In this document: positions 9,889 to 19,826 of the stretch, piece after piece | Layout of the letters: each line of letters starts with the position of its first letter | How positions within the stretch are numbered: the first letter of the stretch is position 1 | Assembly: GCA_001780275.1 (NCBI GenBank) | Contig: MFGB01000020.1 | Location: 104,813 to 168,812, forward strand | Length of the DNA: 64,000 nucleotides | Origin: Candidatus Falkowbacteria bacterium RIFOXYA2_FULL_47_19 | GTDB taxonomy: Bacteria > Patescibacteriota > Patescibacteriia > Patescibacteriales > UBA12075 | Reading direction: 5' to 3' | The notes under the pieces: model-generated | Told to the model about the DNA's origin: nothing | The model's input: only the letters and a program-made list of their open reading frames with translations | Database searches by the model: none | Translations under genes and position numbers: made by a program

Positions 9889-10146
9889 ATGGACAAGCTA
9901 AAATCACTATTATCGGACTCTTCCCTGGCCGATCATGAGCAAAAAGAACTTTTTGAAATATTCGCCAATTTGTCGAAAGATGAGCTGGGCGAATTGAGTG
10001 ATTTTTTGAGTATCCATCCGGAATGGGTGGATGTGCTGTATCGCAATTACGAAAAAAAGAAAAAAGCTGCCGTTTCGATGGACATCAAAAAATGGCGGGA
10101 AATTTTCGATGAAGAGAAAAGAGAACTGGAAAAGCTGGCGGATTAA
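9889..10146 (+). CDS. Small acidic hypothetical protein
   Basis: 85-aa ORF in its own intergenic slot. No family recognised. Confidence 0.35.
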   Translation: MDKLKSLLSDSSLADHEQKELFEIFANLSKDELGELSDFLSIHPEWVDVLYRNYEKKKKAAVSMDIKKWREIFDEEKRELEKLAD

Positions 10147-10151
10147 AAATT

Positions 10152-10856
10152 TTATTTTATAGTTGTCCCGAGGAATCTTTTTCCATCGAGGCATTTTTTC
10201 AGATTATCGATCTTCCGGCCGTTTATTATAATGACCTTTAAACCTGATCTCTCGGCTTGTTTCGAGGCAACCGGATCGAACGGAGCCGACAGACCCGGAT
10301 CCCACTTATTTCCGACGATGCGCCGGAAAGCTGACCAGGAAATCTCTTTTACGGACTTGGCGTCTTTGTGCTTATCCGGATCTTTATCATAAACCAGGTC
10401 AATATTAGAAAGATTGATTATCGTTTTAGCGGAAAACCGTTCAGCTAAAATAACCGAGACATAATCGGTTGACCATCCCGGCCGCCACCCGGCCGCCACC
10501 ATAACACCCTCATCTTTTTTAAAATTCTTCGTTAGATCCTCCTTGGTACGGGGATTTTTATTTATGCGCGGATGCGCCACGTTTCGAAAGATTGTTTTGA
10601 TCAAATGCGCGTTAAGGCGCGTGGCGTGGACGCCAAGCCAATCGCTGTCGTCTCGCGTAAATTTCACTACCCGGTTAGCCGCTTTCTGGTATGATCTGGC
10701 GGTCGAGCCTCCGCCGGTTATTATTACGAAACGGTTTCCTCTTTTTATTTCCTTCAAAATAAGCTCCCTGAATTTTCTTAAAAATTTCCAATCAATACCC
10801 GCTGCCGGAACGATTAAAGAACCGCCCAAAGACAATACGTATATTTTTTTTTCCAT
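10152..10856 (-). CDS. pyrH: UMP kinase, archaeal-type (amino-acid-kinase fold)
   Basis: YVLSLGGSLIVP and FVIITGGGSTAR motifs, ~230 aa. Confidence 0.7.
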   Translation of the reverse strand: MEKKIYVLSLGGSLIVPAAGIDWKFLRKFRELILKEIKRGNRFVIITGGGSTARSYQKAANRVVKFTRDDSDWLGVHATRLNAHLIKTIFRNVAHPRINKNPRTKEDLTKNFKKDEGVMVAAGWRPGWSTDYVSVILAERFSAKTIINLSNIDLVYDKDPDKHKDAKSVKEISWSAFRRIVGNKWDPGLSAPFDPVASKQAERSGLKVIIINGRKIDNLKKCLDGKRFLGTTIK

Positions 10857-11041
10857 ACGAATTTTTATGTTTATGCTTTTACTTTACCACTTTTAAAATA
10901 GAAACGCAAAATACTTTTAATTTTAAAAAAGATAAAATTAGTTGCCCGGAACGACGGACTCAACCTAGGGGATTATAATGATCAAAAACCAACCGATAGG
11001 TGGTCAACCTAAATATCGATCTTAATTCAACAACTGTTCAT

Positions 11042-11073
11042 AAAAAAACAACCCCCCGATCAGTTCGGGGGGT
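11042..11073 (-). terminator. Rho-independent terminator after the LigD-pol gene
   Basis: Stem ACCCCCCGA/TCGGGGGGT followed by a T-run in minus orientation. Confidence 0.75.
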
Positions 11074-11096
11074 ATCGTTAATCTTCAAAAATAAAA

Positions 11097-11987
11097 TTAA
11101 AGATATTTTTCTCTTAGTCTATAAAAAGCGCCCTCAATATCAGTATAATGATCAAATATTCCTTGCCAGGGATCGCCTCGGCGGCCAAGACGGCTAAAGA
11201 TGGTTTTTATGTTGAATTTTTTTGGATCAAGGTCCGGCTTAACTTCCGACCAATCCAAAGGAGTGGAAACGGTGGCCCCCGGTTTGGGGCGAAGTGAATA
11301 AGCGGAAACGATCGTTTGTCCCTTGTTATTCTGCAGATAATCAAAATATATCCGTCCTTGCCCCTCCCCATGCGCCCTCTCCAGACTGACGATATCCGGA
11401 AGTAAATCGCGCGTAACAAGACCGACCAGTTTAGTGAAACGCACAATGCTTTTATAATGGTATTTTGCGCCAAGAGGAATAAAGATATGCAAGCCCTTTC
11501 CGCCGGAGGTCTTACAGAAAGATTTGATTTTAATACTGTCGAGCAGACCCTTAACGACCAGAGCTGTTTTTACGGTTTCTTTGAAATTAATTTTTTCAGG
11601 GTCAAGATCTATAACCGCATAGTCCGGCTTTTCAATGTTATCCTGCCGGGCGTTCCAGGGATAAAATTCGATACAACCGAGATTGACCATATAAAGCAGG
11701 GTGGGCCTGTCCCGGCAGACCATGTAGTTTATATATTTTTCATTGGATACTGAATAAATTTTAGCGATCTCAACCCAGTCCGGAGGCAAATTTCCTACGT
11801 CTTTTTGAAAAAAACTTTTTTTCTTTATCCCGTTGGGATGGCGGTTAAGGTTTTGTGGACGGCAACGCAAATATGGCAGGATATAATCCGCGATCCGATC
11901 ATAATATTCTATAACATCCCCTTTCGTATAGCCCTCTTCCGGCCAAAAAATCTTACTTAAATTACTTAAGCCAGCCTGAGTGTTCAT
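11097..11987 (-). CDS. Standalone LigD-type primase-polymerase domain protein (NHEJ PolDom)
   Basis: LSKIFWPEEGYTKGDVIEYY...RPQNLNRHPNGI..FFQKD, VIDLDP, KTSGGKGLHIFIPL. These are the hallmark LigD PolDom motifs. Confidence 0.8.
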   Translation of the reverse strand: MNTQAGLSNLSKIFWPEEGYTKGDVIEYYDRIADYILPYLRCRPQNLNRHPNGIKKKSFFQKDVGNLPPDWVEIAKIYSVSNEKYINYMVCRDRPTLLYMVNLGCIEFYPWNARQDNIEKPDYAVIDLDPEKINFKETVKTALVVKGLLDSIKIKSFCKTSGGKGLHIFIPLGAKYHYKSIVRFTKLVGLVTRDLLPDIVSLERAHGEGQGRIYFDYLQNNKGQTIVSAYSLRPKPGATVSTPLDWSEVKPDLDPKKFNIKTIFSRLGRRGDPWQGIFDHYTDIEGAFYRLREKYL

Positions 11988-12184
11988 AAATGTTAATTCA
12001 TAATCACTGTTATATTTTAAAAGATATCATTTTACGATTAAGAAAAAATTAATATAAATAAAAGCCAAGATAGCGACTTTATTGTTTTTCAAATATTGTT
12101 AAATATCAATAAAACAGCTGTGTGTTACAAAATTATCAATGATCACAAAAATAATTTAAACATATATAATAATTAAAAAACCGG

Positions 12185-12394
12185 CTATTCGGCCGGTTTA
12201 TCTTTTTTTTCTTTATCTTTTTGATATCCTTCGGCATACCATCCTCCGCCCTTAAGGCGGAAACTGTTCAGGGAAACTATTTTTTTAAAATTTCCGCCGC
12301 ACTCTTCACAGGTCTTTAGCGGCAGATCATCCATTTTTTGCATCACCTCTTTAGTGACGCCGCATTTCTCGCATTGATATTCATAGATCGGCAT
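12185..12394 (-). CDS. FmdB-family zinc-ribbon protein
   Basis: MPIYEYQCEKCG...CEECGG (CxxC...CxxC). Confidence 0.7.
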   Translation of the reverse strand: MPIYEYQCEKCGVTKEVMQKMDDLPLKTCEECGGNFKKIVSLNSFRLKGGGWYAEGYQKDKEKKDKPAE

Positions 12395-12488
12395 TCATCC
12401 CTCCCGAATTCCGCGGACATCGTATTTTACCCCATACGTTTACGGCGGTATACGCGGTGTATATAGATTATTTACTTTCTTTTGTTTG

Positions 12489-12570
12489 TGCGGACGGAGG
12501 GACTTGAACCCACACGGATTTCTCCACTAGCTCCTAAGGCTAGCGTGTCTACCAGTTTCACCACGTCCGC
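12489..12570 (-). tRNA. tRNA-Leu (anticodon TAG)
   Basis: Minus-strand cloverleaf. Acceptor GCGGACG/CGTCCGC, anticodon arm CTAGC-CTTAGGA-GCTAG, long variable arm, T-loop GGTTCAAGTCC. No encoded CCA. Confidence 0.9.
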
Positions 12571-12714
12571 GACTTAATTTAAATTGTATTTCTTATAACT
12601 TTTACCATATTTCAAATAAAAAGTCAACGTGAACTTAAAATTATCATAATAATTCAATTATAACAAGTTTTATGGTATAATAAAATCATAATAATTAACT
12701 AAGAGAAAAAAATT

Positions 12715-13044
12715 ATGTCAGAAGAAATAAAATCCTCCTCGCCGGTGGATAATGATATCGAAAAAAACAAAACCGTCGCCGCTCTTTCTTACGCCTGGAT
12801 ACTGTTTTTGGTGCCGCTACTGAGCAAGCGCCATTCAAAATTCGCGCAATTCCACGCCAAGCAAGGATTGGTTCTTTTTATCGTTGAGCTGGCCGCCGGT
12901 CTTTTTATGTGGTTTCCGTTCTTCGGGCAGCTTCTCATGCTCGCCCTGGTGGTAGTTTCCGTGATGGGAATTATAAAAACCTTAAATGGCGAGTGGTGGA
13001 AAATGCCCTACATCTACGATTGGAGCAAAAAATTCAATCTCTAA
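12715..13044 (+). CDS. DUF4870-like small membrane protein
   Basis: KTVAALSYAWILFLVPLL...FHAKQGLVLFIVE pattern with 3 TM helices. Confidence 0.55.
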   Translation: MSEEIKSSSPVDNDIEKNKTVAALSYAWILFLVPLLSKRHSKFAQFHAKQGLVLFIVELAAGLFMWFPFFGQLLMLALVVVSVMGIIKTLNGEWWKMPYIYDWSKKFNL

Positions 13045-13072
13045 AATATATTTCATCCTATTTAACCCGCGA

Positions 13073-13152
13073 ATTTACAAATCGGATACAAGTTTACAAA
13101 TTCCAATATAACCGCATTATTTAATGTTTGTAAATTTGTAATAGATTTGTAG
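13073..13152. promoter_or_regulatory. Cluster of TTTACAAAT / ATTTGTAAA motifs upstream of ppsA (candidate operator array)
   Basis: Forward copies at 13073-82 and 13092-101. Reverse copies at 13127-34, 13134-41 and 13145-52. Confidence 0.4.
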
Positions 13153-13196
13153 ATCTGTGGGCATTAAAATATACAAATAACTAATATCTTAATACC

Positions 13197-15584
13197 ATGT
13201 CCAACTTCATTAAATTTTTCGATGAACTCGGAATCAAAGATGTGCCTTTGGTCGGCGGAAAAAACGCTTCCCTGGGCGAGATGTACCGAAAATTAACAAA
13301 AAATGGCGTACGCGTGCCGAATGGGTTCGCCACCACGTCCGCGGCTTATAATTTTTTTCTGGAAAGAGCGGGACTTAAAAAAGAATTGCAAAGAATCCTT
13401 AAGGGACTGGATACGCGCAATGTCATGGATCTCGTAAAGCGGGGCGCTCTGGTGCGCAAAACCATTATGGCGGCTAAATTTCCGGAAGAACTGGAGAAAG
13501 AAGTAATTACAGCCTACAAAAAACTATCCCGGGAAAGTAAAACCGCGAACATTGACGTGGCGGTGCGATCATCGGCCACGGCCGAAGACCTGCCCGACGC
13601 TTCTTTCGCCGGCCAGCAGGAAACCTTTTTAAATATCCGCGGAACCGGCAACCTTATAAAGGCGGTGCACAAATGTATTGCCTCTCTCTTTACCAATCGG
13701 GCCATTTCCTACCGCACGGATAAGGGTTTTGACCATTTTAAAATCGCCTTATCGGTCGGTGTCCAAAAAATGGTCAGAAGCGACCTGGCCGCTTCCGGAG
13801 TTATGTTTTCGATTGACACCGAGTCCGGCTTTGCCAACGCGGTTATCATTAACTCTATTTACGGCTTAGGGGAAAATATCGTACAGGGCAAAGTTAATCC
13901 GGATGAATTCTATGTCTTTAAGCCGACCGGGGCGATCATCTCGCGCTCTATCGGACATAAGGCCTTGCGGATGATCTATAACAATAAACCCGGCAAGCCG
14001 GTCAAAGATATAATTGTGTCGGCGGCGGACCAGCAAAAACAATCTATTACGGATGAACAGGTAAAAAAACTCGCCGAGTGGGCCATGATCATAGAAAAGC
14101 ACTATAATCGCCCCATGGACATGGAGTGGGCATTAGACGGCAAAGACGGAAAATTATATATTATCCAGGCCCGCCCGGAAACGGTTCAGAGCCAAAGAAA
14201 CGTTAATGTTTTAGAGGCTTACCGCCTGGAAAAAAAGGGTAAACTCATAGTCAGCGGACAAAGCGTGGGCAATAAGATCGGTGCCGGCAAGGCTAACCGG
14301 ATCATGGGCATAAAAGACCTTAAAAAATTCAAAAAAGGCGAGGTGCTTGTTACCGACATGACCGACCCGGACTGGGAGCCGATCATGAAAATCGCCTCCG
14401 CTATCATTACCGATAAAGGCGGCCGCACCTGCCACGCCGCCATCATCTCCCGGGAAATGGGCATTCCCTGCGTAGTCGGTACGGAAAACGGCAGTCGGAA
14501 AATAAAATCCGGACGCGCCGTTACCGTCAGCTGCGCTGAAGGCGAAGAGGGCTTCGTTTATGAGGGGGTACTGCCGTTCAAGGTCAATAAAACAGATATA
14601 AAAAATCTGAAAAAACCGCGGACGAAAATTATGATGAATGTCGGCGAACCGGATCAGGCCTTCCTGGATTCTTTTATCCCGAACGATGGCGTAGGGCTCG
14701 CCCGGCTGGAATTCATAATCAACAACGCCATTAAGATCCACCCCCTGGCGCTTCTTAATTACGGTAAATTAAAAGACAAAACCGTAAAAAACAAGATTGA
14801 TAAGATCACCTTTGGTTATAGCGATAAAAAGAAATTTTTTATAGACAAGATGGCCGAGGGCGTAGCTATGATCGCGGCCGCTTTTTACCCGAAAGACGTG
14901 ATCATCCGCCTATCGGATTTTAAATCTAACGAATACGCCAATTTGATCGGCGGCAAAGAATACGAACCGGTCGAATCGAACCCGATGATCGGCTGGCGCG
15001 GAGCGAGCCGTTATTACAGCCCGGCCTTCCTGCCCGCCTTTGAACTCGAATGCCAGGCATTTAAAAAAGTGCGCGATGACATGGGATTGACCAATTTAAA
15101 GGTCATGGTTCCTTTCTGCCGCACCGTGGAAGAGGGTAAACGCGTTAAAGAGATCATGGCCAAACACGGTCTCGTCCGGGGCAAAAACGGCCTTGATATT
15201 TACGTGATGGCGGAAATTCCTTCCAACATCATCCTGGCGCATGAATTCGCTAAAGAATTCGACGGTTTCTCTATCGGTTCTAACGATTTAACACAGCTGA
15301 CCCTAGGCATCGATCGCGATGCCGGCGGCACGCTTGAGGTGGCGGGGGTTTCCAACGAGAAGAATGAAGCCGTCCGTACTCTTATTAAATATCTGATCCA
15401 GGTCGGCAAGGAAACAAAAACCAAGGTCGGTATCTGCGGACAGGCGCCTTCGGACTTTCCGGATTTCGCGGCCTGGCTGGTCGAATGCGGCATAGATTCG
15501 ATCTCCCTGATCCCGGACACGGTCGTAAAAACCACTTTAGCGGTCTTGAAAAAAGAGGAAGAATTAATAAAAAAGAAAAAATAA
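13197..15584 (+). CDS. ppsA: Phosphoenolpyruvate synthase (pyruvate, water dikinase)
   Basis: 795 aa. N-terminal VPLVGGKNASLGEMY, phosphohistidine region GGRTCHAAIISRE, C-terminal PEP-utilising domain. Confidence 0.9.
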   Translation: MSNFIKFFDELGIKDVPLVGGKNASLGEMYRKLTKNGVRVPNGFATTSAAYNFFLERAGLKKELQRILKGLDTRNVMDLVKRGALVRKTIMAAKFPEELEKEVITAYKKLSRESKTANIDVAVRSSATAEDLPDASFAGQQETFLNIRGTGNLIKAVHKCIASLFTNRAISYRTDKGFDHFKIALSVGVQKMVRSDLAASGVMFSIDTESGFANAVIINSIYGLGENIVQGKVNPDEFYVFKPTGAIISRSIGHKALRMIYNNKPGKPVKDIIVSAADQQKQSITDEQVKKLAEWAMIIEKHYNRPMDMEWALDGKDGKLYIIQARPETVQSQRNVNVLEAYRLEKKGKLIVSGQSVGNKIGAGKANRIMGIKDLKKFKKGEVLVTDMTDPDWEPIMKIASAIITDKGGRTCHAAIISREMGIPCVVGTENGSRKIKSGRAVTVSCAEGEEGFVYEGVLPFKVNKTDIKNLKKPRTKIMMNVGEPDQAFLDSFIPNDGVGLARLEFIINNAIKIHPLALLNYGKLKDKTVKNKIDKITFGYSDKKKFFIDKMAEGVAMIAAAFYPKDVIIRLSDFKSNEYANLIGGKEYEPVESNPMIGWRGASRYYSPAFLPAFELECQAFKKVRDDMGLTNLKVMVPFCRTVEEGKRVKEIMAKHGLVRGKNGLDIYVMAEIPSNIILAHEFAKEFDGFSIGSNDLTQLTLGIDRDAGGTLEVAGVSNEKNEAVRTLIKYLIQVGKETKTKVGICGQAPSDFPDFAAWLVECGIDSISLIPDTVVKTTLAVLKKEEELIKKKK

Positions 15585-15613
15585 TCCGATATAACCAATA
15601 TACCGAATTCATT

Positions 15614-15641
15614 GTAGAGACGCCCGTCGGGGCGTCTCTAC
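15614..15641 (+). terminator. 12-bp-stem hairpin GTAGAGACGCCC-gtcg-GGGCGTCTCTAC after ppsA
   Basis: Perfect 12-bp stem with a weak T tract (gcgttttg). Related to the hairpin at 21343-21370. Confidence 0.6.
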
Positions 15642-15857
15642 GCGTTTTGCGCATTTTCACGCTCTTTGACACTCGCGTTGCCGATAAATTAATAATGCGT
15701 TAAAATGACAGAAAGACTTTTTAATCTGTGTATAACTAAAAATAAGACCCGCTCATTAAAAAATAATACGGGGGGAACGCCATGATTTCAACTTAAAATT
15801 CTTTATCCGTTTGAATATGACGCAACAAATGACAACCGGGGAATCTGGAGGATAAAA

Positions 15858-16640
15858 ATGAACCTGAAAAAAGAATTTTCGGATCTGATCGAACTTCACA
15901 ATTTTTTTACAGAAACCAAATACGGCCAGACCTTGGCCAAGAATATCCGCTACGGGCGATATAAACCGGAACATTGGACCAATGAAAAATGGGAAGAAAT
16001 TTTAGGGATTGACGTTAATAATCTCAGGCACCTCTTAAACATTCTGATGTTCACGAAAAAATTCGTTGAAACGACGGAGAGGATGTTTTCCGAAAAGACG
16101 AAATTTATCTTAATGTTGTCCGCCGTCACCCACGACTGGGGCGAAGCTGTTGTCGGCGATATTATAACCGACCTCAAGACCGGCGAACAGGAAAAAAAGG
16201 AACTGATCGCTTTCCGTGAAGTCGCCTCGGAAACGCTTTCGCTTTATAAGAAAAAAGAATATTACGCGGCCATCAACTCGATAGAAGAAGTGGTTTTCAA
16301 CGACAGCTTCCTGCATTCTGTTTTTAAAAACGTCGTTGAGGAGTTGGCCGCCTTTAATACCGCCATCAAAGCCTGGCGGGAAGCCAAAAACTATCCGGCC
16401 GAGGCGTCTTGTTTACAATGGATTACCGTCAATGTTTTCGTGTATATCCATAAACCCTTAAAATGGACCGGGTACTTTGAGCTTGTTCCGAAATTCTTTG
16501 CCGCCAACCGGGACCTGATCACGGAAATTTTTACAGCCATGCCCGCTTCTGTTTTTGAGCACTATAATTACGACCTCAAGGAAAAAGCCCAGAAGATCGA
16601 GATGTTCGAAAAAGCCAAAACCCTATGGTTTCAGGCCTAA
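15858..16640 (+). CDS. Hypothetical protein, possibly HD-domain phosphohydrolase-like
   Basis: GGAGG RBS. THDWGEAVVGDI resembles the HD...E..GD motif of YfbR-type nucleotidases. This is weak evidence. Confidence 0.3.
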   Translation: MNLKKEFSDLIELHNFFTETKYGQTLAKNIRYGRYKPEHWTNEKWEEILGIDVNNLRHLLNILMFTKKFVETTERMFSEKTKFILMLSAVTHDWGEAVVGDIITDLKTGEQEKKELIAFREVASETLSLYKKKEYYAAINSIEEVVFNDSFLHSVFKNVVEELAAFNTAIKAWREAKNYPAEASCLQWITVNVFVYIHKPLKWTGYFELVPKFFAANRDLITEIFTAMPASVFEHYNYDLKEKAQKIEMFEKAKTLWFQA

Positions 16641-16729
16641 TACGCTAATTGATTTGAAAAAAATTTTGCCAAAACAAAAAGGCCGCTGTATAATACTAAA
16701 ACAGCGGTTTTTATTTATAAATTTAAATT

Positions 16730-17275
16730 ATGGAATTAATTTTAATACTGGGACCGATGAAAAGCGGCAAATCATTCGAGCTCATAAACTATTTCGCCCC
16801 CTTAAAATATACCGACGAAAAATTCGCCTTATTCCATTCGATAAACAACGTCCGTGATGAAGCGATACAATCGCGTAATAACGTCGTAGCGGAAGCACGA
16901 AAAATAAAAAGTATTAAGGAGATAGTGAACGGCGGCTACGCGGCGGTGGGCATCGACGAGATCCATATGTTTCCGGATACGGACGCGAAATACGTGGCCG
17001 AACTTCTGCGCTGGGGGACACGGGTCGTTATTTCCGGCCTTGATACCGATTATCAGGGTCGGATGTTCAAGATAATTAAGGAGCTCCTGGAATTGGGTCC
17101 TAATACAGTAAACTATAAACGGGCGGTCTGCGACCATTGCCGCCAGCCCGATGCGGTTTATACGCAAGTACTTAAAGATAGTGTTCCGATATTTAAGGGA
17201 CTGCCGCCCTCCATACCGGATGACGGCACCTACGCCTATCGCGCACTCTGCCGGCGCTGTTTTAAAAAATTATAA
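16730..17275 (+). CDS. tdk: Thymidine kinase
   Basis: GPMKSGKSFELI P-loop, GIDEIHMF, C-terminal Cys pairs (CDHC...CRRC). Confidence 0.8.
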   Translation: MELILILGPMKSGKSFELINYFAPLKYTDEKFALFHSINNVRDEAIQSRNNVVAEARKIKSIKEIVNGGYAAVGIDEIHMFPDTDAKYVAELLRWGTRVVISGLDTDYQGRMFKIIKELLELGPNTVNYKRAVCDHCRQPDAVYTQVLKDSVPIFKGLPPSIPDDGTYAYRALCRRCFKKL

Positions 17276-17366
17276 CCCGACCGTCTTGACTTTTTATAAT
17301 AATACACTAATATAGATAAATAAAATAGGCTCTTTTAAACAACGCATCGGCAAAAGGAGAAGAAAG

Positions 17367-18095
17367 ATGCAAAAAAACGATCCGCTCTGGGCAGCAAAAA
17401 TATCTTCTTTTATCGGCTTTTTAATCCTGGCGATTTCCGGCATAATTCTTTTTCCCTCGACCCATGTTACGCCAATTGCCGTGATTATTTTTTTAGGACT
17501 GATAGCCGCGTATGTTTTTTTATACATATTCTATGAGGATCGGTTTGAAAAAAAATACGGAAAAAACTGCTTGTCAGGCGCGTCGTTTTGTATTTCTATG
17601 TTTATCACAACGACGGCGCTTCTTTTGTGGTTTTGGTTTTTCGGCCTTCTTTTTAAATGGGTATCCCCCGATAATGGGGTGGCAATTTTAAAAATGGTCG
17701 CGGTCGCATTTTTCTTATCTTTAATTATCACTGCCGCTTCCGTCCGCCGCGCGAAAAAAGAGGCAAAAAATCATAGGGCGACCGAATATACCAGTGAGTA
17801 CGCGGGAAAATCCATTCTTCGGGGAAAACATGGTGATTTTAATTTAAGTTACAAATTAGTCTGCGTCTACGAATTAAAGAATAGCGACTTCCCGGACCCG
17901 CACCTGTTCATTAGAACCGTTAAAAAAATGTATGAGATCTTAGATAAACTAAATCTAGACCGCTATACCCGAGAACTGCTTCTTGATAGTTCTAAAAAAA
18001 GCCTATCGATCGATCCTCAAATCTTCGTGTCCGGAAATAACCCGTTATTTTATGCGGGACGAATCAATGATCTGACCATCACAAAAATCCAATAA
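17367..18095 (+). CDS. Hypothetical membrane protein
   Basis: 242-aa ORF with about 4 TM helices. No family recognised. Confidence 0.45.
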   Translation: MQKNDPLWAAKISSFIGFLILAISGIILFPSTHVTPIAVIIFLGLIAAYVFLYIFYEDRFEKKYGKNCLSGASFCISMFITTTALLLWFWFFGLLFKWVSPDNGVAILKMVAVAFFLSLIITAASVRRAKKEAKNHRATEYTSEYAGKSILRGKHGDFNLSYKLVCVYELKNSDFPDPHLFIRTVKKMYEILDKLNLDRYTRELLLDSSKKSLSIDPQIFVSGNNPLFYAGRINDLTITKIQ

Positions 18096-18131
18096 AAAAT
18101 AAAGGGCCGTCTATGGTCCTTTTTATAATTC

Positions 18132-18347
18132 CTATTTTTTATTTTTTTGGCCGCGGCCGGAAACCCCTTTGCTGGTTTCGGGGAATCTTCGTATTTCCGC
18201 AATAATTTCTTCGTAAGTACGATATTTGAATCGTTTGTATTTGGGCCGCGGGCGGCGATAACCGAATATACTCGCCATGCCGGCGCCGACAGAAGCCATG
18301 CCGTAAAGGATGTTTCTCCAAAAACCCATTATAGCTCCTTTCTTCAA
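18132..18347 (-). CDS. Small basic hypothetical protein
   Basis: 71-aa ORF in an otherwise empty gap. Weak support. Confidence 0.25.
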   Translation of the reverse strand: MKKGAIMGFWRNILYGMASVGAGMASIFGYRRPRPKYKRFKYRTYEEIIAEIRRFPETSKGVSGRGQKNKK

Positions 18348-18381
18348 CCGCTTATCTAAAAAAATTGCGCCTTAAACGCCG

Positions 18382-19416
18382 TTACTTTAATTCTAAATTA
18401 CAATCCACTTTTAATTTTTCCCAGGGCGTAAAGTTTTTTTTCAGTGCGCGGAAATATCCGGCCGCAGCGACCATGGCCGCGTTATCCGTAGTATATATTA
18501 AATCCGGCATGACAAATGCCGCTTTTAGTTTTTCCTTAACCGCTTTTTCAAGCTGTTTCCGTAATTCCGTATTAGCCGCCACGCCGCCGGCAAGCATGAC
18601 CGTTTTAGCTTTATATTTTTCCGCCGCCTTGATGGTTTTAAAAACAAGCGTATCAACCGCCGCCTGCTGGAATTCATAACAGTATTCCGGAATGCGTTTT
18701 TTCCAATTTTTATCTTTTTTCAACTCATAGAATAAAGCGGTTTTTAATCCGGAAAAAGAAAAATCAAAATCTCCGGAATTAATCATCGGCCGCGGCAAGA
18801 CAATTTTCGAATTTCGAATTTCGAATTTATTTGTGGTTTGGAATTTTTCTGCCTGAGCGGCTATGGCGGGGCCGCCGGGGTAGCCGATTCCCATAAGCTT
18901 CGCCGCTTTATCAAAGGCCTCTCCGGCCGCGTCGTCGCGCGTTTCGCCGATCGTCTTATAGCGGCCGTGCCCGCGCATAAGCACAAGCATGGTGTGTCCA
19001 CCCGACACGGTTAAAATCATGGCCGGAAACTCAACATCCTTTTTTCTATTTATAAAATTAGCATACACATGGCCCTCGATATGGTTAATGCCGATTACCG
19101 GCAATTTTCGCGCATAGGCTAAAACCTTGGCGGTTTCAATACCGACAACCAGCGATGTGATCAGACCCGGTCCGATCGTAACCGAAATCGCGTCGATTTT
19201 CTTTTTTCCGGACTTTTCCAGCGCAGAATCGACCACGGAGAGGATATTTAAAACATGCTCGCGCGCGGCCACTTCCGGCACGACGCCGCCGTATTTTTTA
19301 TGTATCTCTATCTGCGAAGAAACCACGTTAGATAAAATTTTCACGTTTTTCCCTTTGCCCTCGGCGATAGCCGCGGCGGTTTCGTCGCAGGAGGTTTCTA
19401 TTCCTAGCATTATCAT
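18382..19416 (-). CDS. tsaD: tRNA N6-adenosine threonylcarbamoyltransferase
   Basis: LGIETSCDETAAAI, HIEGH, Kae1/Gcp family. Confidence 0.9.
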   Translation of the reverse strand: MIMLGIETSCDETAAAIAEGKGKNVKILSNVVSSQIEIHKKYGGVVPEVAAREHVLNILSVVDSALEKSGKKKIDAISVTIGPGLITSLVVGIETAKVLAYARKLPVIGINHIEGHVYANFINRKKDVEFPAMILTVSGGHTMLVLMRGHGRYKTIGETRDDAAGEAFDKAAKLMGIGYPGGPAIAAQAEKFQTTNKFEIRNSKIVLPRPMINSGDFDFSFSGLKTALFYELKKDKNWKKRIPEYCYEFQQAAVDTLVFKTIKAAEKYKAKTVMLAGGVAANTELRKQLEKAVKEKLKAAFVMPDLIYTTDNAAMVAAAGYFRALKKNFTPWEKLKVDCNLELK

Positions 19417-19539
19417 AGTAATAACAAAAATAACACTAATTTCTTATTTTGTAAAGCGATTATTGACTTTTTTTTATTTTTAGGCTATATTGATTTTAGT
19501 CCTAATTTCCTTATTAAGGACTTTATTTTTTACCATCAA

Positions 19540-19611
19540 GGCGCCATCGTCTAGTGGTTAGGACATGAGGTTTTCATCCTCACAACCGGGGTTCGATTCC
19601 CCGTGGCGTCA
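19540..19611 (+). tRNA. tRNA-Glu (anticodon TTC)
   Basis: Acceptor GGCGCCA/TGGCGTC, anticodon arm TGAGG-TTTTCAT-CCTCA, T-arm CGGGG-TTCGATT-CCCCG. Confidence 0.9.
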
Positions 19612-19619
19612 CAACAAAA

Positions 19620-19644
19620 AACCATACCAATAGTATGGTTTTTG
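19620..19644 (+). terminator. Terminator after tRNA-Glu
   Basis: Stem AACCATAC/GTATGGTT followed by TTT. Confidence 0.65.
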
Positions 19645-19826
19645 CGTACACCTTCGGAAATCAAACCCTTGTATTTTTTTATATATTATAATAAAATTTT
19701 TTAATCTTAGGTCTTTAAAATCACACAAACTCAAATTAGAAAGAAGGTTGTTTAATAAAATACAAATTTTTTGACAAAAACCCATAAAACCTCAAGTATT
19801 TTGTTAAACCTGCAAAGAGGAGAAAA

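Noticed and set aside
16555-16857. 100-aa ORF overlapping the end of the HD-like gene and the start of tdk. The same applies to many other antisense ORFs inside ppsA, pnp, PBP1A, the TreT-like gene and others
   Set aside because: They lie within or antisense to well-supported genes, have low-complexity or basic composition, and lack signals. I treated them as spurious.
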